The notes under the pieces are model-generated. The model saw nothing but the letters and a program-made list of their open reading frames with translations, had not been told where the DNA came from and searched no databases. The translations under genes were made by a program, and so were the position numbers. Below, piece after piece: positions 25,601 to 37,600 of a DNA stretch of 64,000 bases. Location: the NCBI RefSeq assembly GCF_028641065.1, contig NC_073403.1:15996001-16060000 (forward strand). The letters run 5' to 3'. This stretch comes from Leucoraja erinacea (taxonomy: Eukaryota). Numbering within the stretch: position 1 is the stretch's first letter; every line of letters starts with the position of its first letter.

Positions 25601-28600
25601 TCAACAAATTCTCCTGTCCTTGCTGACTGACATTGCTTTCCCAAGACTTCAATGTGGAATCAAGCCTTGTCCATACACATTTCTGAATCCTTCTCCTATC
25701 TTAACATCTCTTTCCTTCTTTACCTCCTCATTCTGTTGTTTGCCATTCTTTGTATCCCTATAGTATTGTTAGCAATGCCGTCGGCCCCGAGGCCCTGTCC
25801 TCTGATAATCCCTTTGTCACTCTTATCCCACAATGATCTGTGCAAAAAACAACTACTTTGTTTCATTCTCTTTGAACAAAACCTATTTACTGTCATTTCC
25901 TTTGATTTGCTATTCACCTTTTTTTAGAGATACAGTACTGAATCCTTGCCGACCATCGATCACCCACTCACACTAGTTCTATGTTATTCCACTTTTATCT
26001 ATATATTACTAAAACTCTGTTCTTGACCGGTTTTGGCTTTCTGTGCTGCGGTTTCCGAGAGTACGCCGCCACCTACGGCCGTCATTTTTGGCCACCTCGC
26101 TCAGAGCCCCCCTCCGCCGCATGTATGCCGAGGATTTTTCCTGTCAATGAAAATTGACAGAGATATTAATGTTTTTACAACATTCCCCATTCTCTCTGCT
26201 GCCCCCGCTGGAGGGAGAGGGAGAGAATATAAAACCAGGAAGTGGTGTGCCTCAATCAGTCTCTGCAAGTGGTGTGCCTCAATCAGTCTCTGCAAGTGGT
26301 GTGCCTCAATCAGAGCTTTGAATGACACTGACAAATGTCTACAGCACTGTGAGTACCTTTAATTTGGTTTGAAAATGAAAATATGGTTAGAGGTAAAAAA
26401 ACACTGCCTGCAAATGGTTGTTTGGGTTTGGGTTGAAGTAAAAAGGCACTCTCTCTCCCCCCCCCCCTCCTTCTCCTCCCCCCCCTCCTTCTCCTCTCTC
26501 CTCTTCCCCCCCTCCTCTCCCCTCCCCCCCCCCTCCCCCCCCCCCCCCCCTCTCCCTCCCCCCCCCCCCCTCCCCCCCCCCCCCCCCCCTCCTCCCCCCC
26601 CCCCCCCTCCTCCTCCCTCCCCTCCCCCCTCCCCCCCCCTCCCTCTCCCCCCCCCTCTCCCCCCCCCCCCCCCTCCCCCCCCTCTCTCCCCCTCCCTCTC
26701 CTCCCCCCCCCTCCCCTAAACCCCCCTCCCCTCCACACACCCCTCCCCTCTCCCCCCCCCCCCCCCTCTCTCCTTCCCCCCCCCCCCCCCCCCCCTCTCT
26801 CTCTCTCCCCCCTCCTCCCCTCTATTAGCGCGAGTGCAGGAGGTAGTTAGTGTGTGACGCTGCATGCCCCCCCCCCCCCCCCCCCCCCCCCCACAACCGC
26901 ACGTTGGGGGAACAGACCCAACGGGTCTGCACTTGGTCTAGTAATTAATATATCTCTCTTGAGTGCCTTCGGATAATATTAATATTAAAAAGCAATAATG
27001 CTGAGTATTGTGTAAAATAAGAATTAATTTTGGGCACAGTTAATTTTGCTGATTGCAAATATTTTCATTCACCATTTTTATTACAATGAGTTGTAATTTA
27101 AGGCTCATTTAAGATCATATAATCTTACCGTGGTTATATCTTTAAACACCTTTTCCAGAACAATGTTTTGTTGAGCCTTCTGGATAGGCCTACAATCTAC
27201 TCCAAGGAGTTTTGCAAATGGTGCCGCAATAAACCTACAATGGGAAGAATTGTACATACACCAATAAACAAAGGTAAAAATCCACACACAACCATACAAT
27301 TCAACACATTCAAACAGACCCCATAAGTGTGCAACTTCAACTTGATGGGACTGAATTTAATCGTTCCAAAGTGTGACCACAGCCAGAATGGACCAGTGAG
27401 TGCTGATTTACATCAACCTAATAAACTGAAACCGTTTTGAACAGTCTACATTTCTTAGTAATGTTGTATGTAATATATTTATATTTGATGCTTGTACAAA
27501 CAGCACTCCTATAGAATGATGACACATTCATGATTTATTTTGTTTCAATTGTGTACCATGTAGATTTATAACACATGTTATTGTGGGCACAATATATTTG
27601 AAGATTATGACCCACTCACAAAAAGGAATGATAAGATATTGAAATTACATGCATGGGCAAGATAATTCCAGGAGTAACATAAGATTAAATTCTACTATTT
27701 GCTGAGAGACATTTCGCAAAAATAGGTAACGGTAATTTGCAGAAACATTTTGTCTGCTATTGAAGAACTTTTACAACTATTTATGAAAAGATTTTTATAA
27801 TATGGTTGATAGTATAAAGCGATTCAAGTTACAACTCTCCAATAATCTGACGTGCAAGGCGCCGACCAAGTGTTTTCCAAACCACCTCCCTCACCTACGT
27901 ACCGGTGTGATAAAAGGTGCAGATTAAGAGATTAGGAAAACAATTAGAAACTGTCTAACCAAATTTTAAAACATTACAGAGAGAAAAACAGGTGAGTTAT
28001 AGGCATGGTCATGGTTCATAACTATGCTTTAATCAACATTGTTAGAATAGATTTTTTGAAAACATTAATTAAAAAGAAAAATTAAATTTAAGCAGGTACA
28101 GGTGTGATTTCTCAAAATTTCTGTGGGAATGACGAGCAACTGGAAATAAGTGATTTTCTCATCTGTTCTGAGGAGATTCTGAGAAATGGGGAAAATATAT
28201 AACAGTTGGATAAGCTAGGTTGTAAAGAGAAAATAATTTTCACTTGACGGGGGGTTAATACTTATCTAGAATAAGCTTAAATTACTGAAACTAGAGGAAA
28301 TATTTGAAAGTGCATCGAATGCTAAAACTGAGAATCACTTCACTGCCACTTCCTTGGCCTTAAGCCACTTCCCAAATAACCCTCCTCTCTTCCTTAAAGA
28401 ATCTTCTGAAAATGTACCTATATCACCAATGATTTAGCTTAGCTTTAGTTTAGAGAAACATGGCAATAGGCCCTTAAGCCTACTGAGTCTATGTCAACCT
28501 GTTCACACTACCTGTAGTTAAAAAGTCAAGCGTTTGATTGTCATATGATCCCAAAACGGAACAGTGAAATTCTTACTTGCAGCAGCACAACAGATATGTA

Positions 28601-31600
28601 AACATAGTACGCCGTAAACACCGTAATAAACAACAAAAAATAAGTTACTCCACTTTTACATCCAGTCCCTACACACAACTGACTATTTTCAGAGGCCAGT
28701 TAACCTACAGACCTGCACATCTTTGGGATGTGGGAGAAACCGGAGCACCTGGAAGAAATCCACGTGGTCATAGGGGGAACATGCAAATTCCACACTGACA
28801 CTACTCGAGGTCGGGATCGAACCAGAGTCTCTGGTGCTGTGAGGTCGCAGCTCTACCAACAGCACCACTGAGCTACCCGTTTCAATCAAACTGTATAATG
28901 TAGAAACAAAGAACTGCAGATGCTGGTTTACACTAAAGACAGGCATAAAGTGCTGGAGTAACTCAGCATCTCTGTAGAAAATGGATGGGTGATATTTCTA
29001 GTCGACTCTGAAGAAGGCTCCCAACCCGAAACACAACCATCCTTTTTTTCCGCTGACCCGCAGAGTTGCTTCAGCACTTTGTGTCTATCTTCATTTGATA
29101 ATGCTCCCATAAACCACCTTAGGAAGTGTTATCAACTAAAAGGCACTAAATCATTGCATATTGTTGTAAAGTTAAACAGGGTACGAGGAGTTTACAATTG
29201 GCTTTCTCATTCAAAAATGGATGGTATAATCTCCTGCTCCACTGTCAATTTCTGTGACTCTTTGTGTGTTTTGAAATTTGAGGTTACTTCTCCTAAACCT
29301 CGCTCAGCTTAGGTCACTGAATATATAATGATTTTACTTGAAAATGGGAGAAAATACTCCTCTGAACCCTATTATAATTGGTGCACAATCAAGTCAAGTC
29401 AAGTCAAGTTTATTTGTCACATACACATACAAGATGTGCAGTGAAATGAAAGTGGCAATGCTCGCGGACTTTTGTGCAAAAGACAAACAACAAAACCACC
29501 AAACAAATTATAAACACAATCATAACACACATATTCTTTTACATAATAAATAATAGAAGGAAAAACGTTCTGGAGAGTTAGTCCCTGGTGAGATAGGCGT
29601 TTACAGTCCAAATTGCCTCTGGGAAGAAACTCCTTCTCAACCTCTCCGTTCTCCCTGCATGGCAACGGAGGCGTTTGCCTGATCGTAGCAGCTGGAACAG
29701 TCCGTTGCAGGGGTGGAAGGGGTCTCTCATGATTTTGTTTGCTCTGGAGTTGCACCTCCTGTTGTATAGTTCCTGCAGGGGGGTGAGTGAAGTTCCCATA
29801 GTGCATTCGGCCGAACGCACTACTCTCTGCAGAGCCTTTTTGTCCTTGGCAGAGCAATTCCCAAACCAGATGGTAATGTTCCCGGACAAGATGCTTTCCA
29901 CCACCGCTGCGTAGAAGCACTGTAGGATCCTCGGAGACACTCTGAATTTCCTCAATTGCCTGAGGTGGTAAAGGCGCTGCCTTGCCTTACTCACCAGTGC
30001 TGAGGCGTGTGATGTCCATGTCATATCCTCAGAGATGTGGACTCCCAGATATTTAAAACAGTTCACCCTATCCACAGGATCCCCATTTATACTCAATGGA
30101 GTGTACGTCCTCGGATGATGTGCCCTTCTAAAGTCCATGATCAGCTCCTTCGTTTTTTTGATGTTCAAGAGGAGGCTGTTATCCTGGCACCAGAGTGCTA
30201 GATCAGCCACCTCCTCCAGGTAGGCCTTCTCATCGTTGTCTGAGATCAGGCCCACCACCACAGTGTCATCAGCAAACTTAATTATTGAATTGGAGCTGAA
30301 CCTAGCCACACAGTCATGTGTGTACAGGGAGTACAATAGGGGGCTGAGGACGCAATCCTGGGGCGATCCTGTGCTCAGGGTGAGGGACTTCGATGTATTC
30401 CCTCCCATCTTGACTACCTGGGGCCTGGCGGTGAGAAAGTCCAGGACCCAGGCACACAGGGAGGTGTTCAGCCCCAATTCCATTAGCTTCCCGGCCAGTC
30501 TGGTGGGGACTATCGTGTTGAAGGCTGAACTGTAGTCTATGAACAGCATCCTCACGTAGCCCCCCTTCTGGCTGTCCAGATGGGAGAGAGCGGTGTGCAA
30601 GACCTGGGAGACCGCATCGTCCGTGGACCTGTTTGTATATTGATAGTATATTAAATTTGCAGGACGATTTTCTGACATTTTCAAGTCTTTCTATATTTTC
30701 TCTCGCTCTCTCAACTGTTTTCTATTGTGCTTTGTATATTGTGCTATTGTGATTTTAATAAATTAACCTGGCCAAAAAAATACCAATTACATGTAGTTGA
30801 CAGACACCAAAATAAACACAAAAACCTTTACCACACACCCTTGACACCATGTCATTTTTTGTTGCCACTCAATAGTGTCCTTTCTAATTTTTTGTAATGT
30901 TCTCTAAACATCCACATAAATCTGATGTACATTCTGAAATTGATAACCTGCCATGTGGACTCTGACTAATAACTCATTGCTTTGCACAGGCAAATGGGCT
31001 TTGACCAGGCATGTACCTTGACATTAATCAGCATTGCAAACTTTATGGCTTTCAATGTCTTTGCAAATCTACACAGGAATTGGAAGGGCTTGTAAAGGTG
31101 TGTTTCTGATTCCTATTCAAGGATTGCTGCTCATGTGCTTGTTGCTAATTCAAATGAGTATTTTAGAGCTTAGTGCAAGGACAGCTGAAATCTTTACTTC
31201 CGATGTGGAAAGATTAATTTCTACACATTTCTAGGACGGCACTGTGCTGCAGCAGTAGAGCTGCTGCCTTACAGCGCCAGCAGACCAGAGTTCGATCCTG
31301 ACTTAGGGTGCTGTCTGTATGGAATTTATACGTTCTCTCCATGACCGTGTGGGTTTTCTCCGAGATCTTCGGTTTTCTCCCACATTCCAAATATGTACAG
31401 GTTTGTAGGTTAATTGGCATGGTATAAGTGTAAATTGTTCCTAGTGTGCGTAGGATAGTGTTGATGTGCGGAGATCGCTGGTTGGTGCGGACTTGGTGGG
31501 TCAACTCTAAACTAAACAAAACAGCTTTGTGGTGCCTATATGGCTCTGAACAAGTCAAGAGATTGGGGATCATTGTTGTCTGATAGTTTATGAGGTTGGA

Positions 31601-34600
31601 TCCTAGTTTGAGATATTGGTTTTTATTCCTCAATTGATCAAAAGCTGTACCAACACACGGGAGATTGTGATGAAATTCTTCATTAACATTTGTCTTTGCC
31701 AAGTGGTGTCCATGTTTTTTGAAGCATTCCACAGATCTAGATTGCCGTGGCCATATTGTGTAGCCCAGGGACAGATTAATATAGGATCTCTGTTTTATGG
31801 ATGTTTAGTGAAAGGTATATTCCCTCATCTGCTTCAGATACGGAGTCAACAATAGTTTAGAACGCAATCATAAAATCATAATCATCAAAGAATGCCCATC
31901 AATGCCTCTACTTCCTTAGAAGATTGAGGAGATTTGGAATGTGACAAACACTTTCTTGAACATCTGCAGGTGTACAGAAGAAAGCATATTGACTGTTTTT
32001 TATCACAGCCTAGTTCGGCAACTCGAATACCTAGGAACGAGGAAGATTGCAAAAAGTGGTGAACGCTTCCCAGTCCATCATGGGTACTGACTTCACCACC
32101 ATCGAAGGGATCTACAGGACTTGTTGCCTCAAAAAAGCAGCCAGTATCATCAGACCCACACCGCCCCGGCCACGCTCTCATTTCACTCCTGCCATCGGGA
32201 AGAAGGTAAATGAGCCTGAAAACTGTAACGTCCAGGTTCAGGATCAGCTTCTCCCCTACAACCATCAGGCTATTAAGCACTACAACCTCCAATAAGCTCC
32301 AAACTACATAAACTTGTTTTTGTCTTTGCACAGCTATTGTTTTTTTTTAAATATTTACTAGTTCCATTTTGGGACATTTGAAAAGAAAACACTCTTGACT
32401 CTTGAATTATTCCTCCAAATCTACATGCACTTATGTCATGTACCTAGTATAGATCAATGGCCGTGTTTGGGATGATCTTAAGATGCTCTGGAGATGGTCA
32501 TAATTGCAGTAAGTGAGACCCTTTGGCTTAAGAACATCAGCTGTAGGAGAAGGAGGCCAACCAGTCCTTCAAACCTGTTCCACATGCAGTATATTAAAAT
32601 CATGGCTGGTCCTTCCTGTACCAGAGATCATTTAGTTTGGTTTAGTTTGGTTTAGAGAAACTGTTCCAGGACTATCTCCATAATCTCAATTCTATCATAC
32701 ATACCCTTCCTAGTCTTTAAAGGGTTGACGGTGGATATGCAATGGAAGGCATTTAAAAGCTGCATGGTTGAACTACAACAATTGTTCATCCCAGTTTGGC
32801 AAAATAATAAATCAGTGAAGGTAGTGCATCTGTGGATAACAAGGGAAATCAGGGATAGTATCAAAACAAAAGATGAAGCATACAAATTAGCCAGAAAAAA
32901 GCAGCCTACCAGAGGACTGGGAGAAATTCAGAGTCCAGCAGAGGAGGACAAAGGGCTTAATTAGGAAAGGGAAAATAGATTATGAAAGAAAACTGGCAGG
33001 GAACAGAAAAACTGACTGCAAAAGTTTTTATAGATATGTGAAGAGAAAAAGATTAGTTAAAACAAATGTAGGTCCCTTGCAGTCAGAAACAGGTGAATTG
33101 ATCATGGGGAACAAGGACATGGCAGACCAATTGAATAACTACTTTGGTTCTGTCTTCACTAAGGAAGACTTAATTAATCTGCCGGAAATAGCAGGAGACC
33201 GGGGGTCAAATGAGATGGAGGAACTCGGTGAAATCCACGTTAGCCGGGAAGTGGTGTTAGGTAAATTGAATGGATTGAAGGCCGATAAATCCCCAGGGCC
33301 AGATAGGCTGCATCCCAGAGTACTTAAGGAAGTAGCCCCAGAAATATTGGATGCATTAGTGATAATTTTTCAAAACTCTTTAGATTCTGGAGTAGTTCCT
33401 GAGGATTGGAGGGTAGCTAATGTAACCCCACTTTTTAAAAAGGGGAGGGAGAGAGAAAACGGGAAATTACAGACCAGTTAGTCTAACATCGGTAGTGGGG
33501 AAACTGCTAGAGTCAGTTATTAAAGATGGGATAGCAGCACATTTGGAAAGTGTTGAAATCATTAGACAAAGTCAGCATGGATTTATGAAAGGTAAATCAT
33601 GTCTGACGAACCTCATAGAATTTTTCGAGGATGTAACTAGTAGAGTGGATAAGGGAGAACCAGTGGATGAGTTATATCTGGACTTTCAGAAGGCTTTCGA
33701 CAAGGTCCCACATAAGAGATTAGTATACAAACTTAAAGCACACGGTATTGGGGGTTCAGTATTGATGTGGATAGAGAACTGGCAGGCAGACAGGAAACAA
33801 AGAGCAGGAGTTAACCAGTCCTTTTCACAATGGGGGGCAGTGACTAGTGGGGTACCGCAATGCTCAGTGCTGGGACCCCAGCTATTTACAATATATATTA
33901 ATGATTTGGACGAGGGAATTGAATGCAACATCTCCAAGTTTGCGGATTACACAAAGCTGGGGGGCAGTGTTAGCTGTGAGGAGGATGCTATGAGGCTGCA
34001 AGATGACTTGGATAGGCTGGGTGAGTGGGCAAATGCATGGCAGATGCAGTATAATATGGATAAATGTGAGGTTATCCACTTTGGTGGCAAAAACAGGAAA
34101 GTAGACTATTACCTGAATGGTGGCCGATTAGGAAAAGGGGAGATGCAACGAGACCTGGGTGTCATGGTACACCAGTCATTGAAAGTAGGCATGCAGGTGC
34201 AGCAGGCAGTGAAGAAAGCGAATGTCATGTTAGCATTCATAGCAAAAGGATTTGAGTATAGGAACAGGGAGGTTCTACTGCAGTTGTACAGGGTCTTGGT
34301 GAGACTACACCTGGAGTATTGCGTACAGTTTTGTCTCCTAATCTGAGGAAGGACATTCTTGCCATAGAGGGAGTACAGAGCACCAGACTGATTCCTGGGA
34401 TGTCAGGACTTTCATATGAAGAAAGACTCGGCTTGTACTCGCTAGAATTTAGAAGATTGAGGGGGGATCTATAGAAACTTACAAAATTCTTAAGGAGTTG
34501 TACAGGCTGGATGTAGGAAGATTGTTCCCGATGTTGGGGAAGTCCAGAACAAGGGGTCACAGTTTAAGGATAAAGGGGAAATCTTTTAGGACTGAGATGA

Positions 34601-37600
34601 GAAAAACATTTTTTACACAGAGAGTGGTGAATCTCTGGAATTCACTGCCACAGAATGTAGTTGAGGCCAGTTGATTGGCTATATTTAAGAGGGAGTTAGA
34701 TGTGGCCCTTGTGTGTAAAGGGATCAAGGGGTATGGAGAGAAAGCAGGTATAGGATACCGAGTTGGATGATCAGCCATGATCATATTGAATGGCGGTGCA
34801 GGCTCAAAGGGCCAAATGGCCTACTCCTGCACCTATTTTCTATGTTTTTATGCTTCTCCTTTTTATGTTCTTATAAAATCCCTTGCAGTCTGTTTATATA
34901 TTTTTGACATTCTCTGCTCATATTCCATCTTTCCATTTTAAATCAATTTCACTGCTACTGCTACTTTCTGGCAACTTTATAAACCTCTAGGTTAGATTTT
35001 ATAGTATGTTAAGTTCTCTGATCGTTCACAGATGAATCACTTTTCCTGTTGGGCTTTTGCACCTTAAAATAGAATATATATTTATTATAACATGTAATAT
35101 TTCTTTAAATGGTAACATTACGTGTCATTTGCAATACCTTTCAATGTATTCTCCACCACATCTAATGCTCCTCTCATACAAAAAGCCCCAAATTATTATA
35201 CCTTATGCTTTCTTCTAAGTTTAACAATCCACGTCAATGTAAAACCATGTATTTTGGTCACTCTTCCCTAACGGCCCTTCACATGAAAAATATTAATTAA
35301 CCCTTTCTCAATGCACAAGATTCAAATTAGCTTTTTCCAAATTTAGTATAATCACATATACATTCCATGATAACATTGTGCACTTTATTACCATAAATTT
35401 GATTAGTCTTATCTTCATGTAGATTGGAGTCTCAAACTGTCTTATCCCTATCATACGCACTTTATTTCCCGAGGCAAATAGCCTGCTGTGGAATGGAGTA
35501 TGGGACAAATGCGAGTCTCAGTTACATAGTAGTTCTTTGAAGTGCCCCTTCCAGCAGAGTCTAGCCTCCATACTTGGCTATTAGCGGAGTTTATCCTAGT
35601 GCCATGCATGTCCATTATGGGTCCTGACCTCCCTACCAACAAAGAGTTCTATAGCAGGTGCTGCCTCAAAAAGGCAGCCAATGTCAAAGACCAACACCAG
35701 CCTGGCCATGCTATCATCTTGCTACTACCATCAGGGAGAAGGTACAGGAGCATGAAAACTATAGCCACTAGGTCCAAAACAGCTTCTTCCCAACAACGTC
35801 AGGTTCTTGAATGCTACACAACACTAATCTCAACAACTATAAACTTCAATGGACTGTGTCTTTGGTTGCACTATGAACTTTGGTTTTGTACCATTATGGT
35901 TCATAGTTTATTGTATTATTGATTATTGCATATTTATCTGTGGGTAATTGTGTTTTACAAGCCTGTTAAGCCTCAGCACTGTGTTGTTCTGTTGCTGGTA
36001 CATATGGCAATTAAAAACTCTTGATTCATGATTTTGACAGCGATGTAAAGTTCACAGGTGATTATCTGCTAGTTGATGGATGTTTGTGCTCTTTTCACCT
36101 ACTGACACTAGTCCTTTCGGTCACAGATGGTGGAAAGGGTCAATAACTTCAAATTCCTGGGCGTGCATATATCAGAAGATCTTTCCAGGACCCAGCACAC
36201 TGATGCAATTGTAAAGAAGGCACATCAGCGACTCTACTTCCCGAGAAGATTACGGAGATTCGGCATGTCGAAGAGGATTCTCCTAAACGTCTACAGGTGC
36301 AATACCTTTCAATGTATTCTCCACCACGGTAGAGAGCATTCTGACTGGTTGCATCGTGGCCTGGTTTGGCAACTTGAACATCCAGGAGCGAAAAAGATTA
36401 CAAAAAGTTGTGACCACTGCCCAGTTCATCAATGGCCACCTCCCCACCGTCAAAGGGATCTATCGTAGTCGCTGCCTCAACAAGGCAGCCAAAATCATCA
36501 AGGACCCACAACATCCTGGTCACACACTCATCTCACCATTGCCATCAGGAAGAAGGAACAGGAGCCTGAAAACTGTAATGTCCAGGTTCAGGAACAGCTT
36601 CTTCCTACAGTCATCAGGCTATTAACAACGAATAAGCTCCGAGCTCTGAACTGCAAAAGACTATATTAATATTTATTATTTGCACTATATTTGGTATTGA
36701 TTGAACTTTTTCTTTTCTCCCCCCCGTTATGTACTATGCTGCAGCACATATTCTGTTGTGCTGCAGCAAGTAAGAATGTAATTGTCCGTCCGGGACATAT
36801 GACAATAAAACACTCTTGACTTGACTCTTGCAGCTACCAGTAGATATGTTTTTCTTCCCAACGAGATATGGTTATATTGAAAATCTTAGAACATTTAGTA
36901 TTTACAATTAACTAGCTCCTGTATCTCTGGTGATTCTCATCAAACCTGTTTCAGTTAGGGAAACTAAGGGTTTCTTCAGAGGTAATCATTATTATATTAA
37001 TTATAGCAGTCCAGTAACCATGGAGAGAGAGAGAGTCTGTGGCCGATATTGGTTGGAATTTGTCAGGTTGTGTGCGAGATGCTGACTGAGAATGATCCCA
37101 AGGATGACTAGAATGATCCCCGGTATGATTGGGTTAAAATATGATGAGCGTTTGATGGCACGCAGGAATTTAGAAGGATGAGGGGGACCTCATTGAAACT
37201 TTCCGAATAGTGAAAGGCCTGGATAGAGTGGATGTGGAGAGGATATTGCTGGGAGAGTCCAGGACCAGAGGCCAGATTCAGAATAAAAGGACGTACCTTT
37301 AGAAAGGAGATGAAGAGAGATTTCTTTAGTCAGTGGGTGGTGAATCTATGGAATTCATTGCCACAAAAGGCTGTCGAGACCAAGTCAATGGATATTTTTA
37401 AGGAGGGGATTGATAGATTCTTGATTAGTATGGGTGTCAGGGTTATGGGGAGATGGCAGAAGAATGGGGTTAAGAGGGAAAGATAGATCAGTCATGATTG
37501 AATGTCATGACAGATTGGTTTAGGAGGTGATCCATTCAACAGACATTGACACCTGATGACACACTTGATACATGCAACTCTGTAGTCCCCCATTGCAACA

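Larger units (their letters stand above)
25998..26941 (+). mobile_element. Non-autonomous Helitron
   Basis: Inserted at A|T; 5' TCTATATATTACTAAAA; 3' hairpin CAGACCC-AAC-GGGTCTG at 26913-26929, then 8 nt and terminal CTAG; no TSD; internal 27-bp tandem repeat and poly-C tract. Confidence 0.85.

Noticed and set aside
26199-26214. CTCF-like motif in the Helitron
   Set aside because: Only a partial match (lacks the core A) and cannot be scored without a PWM
26310-26740. Gly/Glu/Arg-rich and poly-Pro ORFs
   Set aside because: Translations of the low-complexity C-tract inside the Helitron
31234-31305. tRNA-like A/B boxes (also near 830, 28800, 47150)
   Set aside because: Heads of V-SINEs; no cloverleaf, and followed by the V-domain
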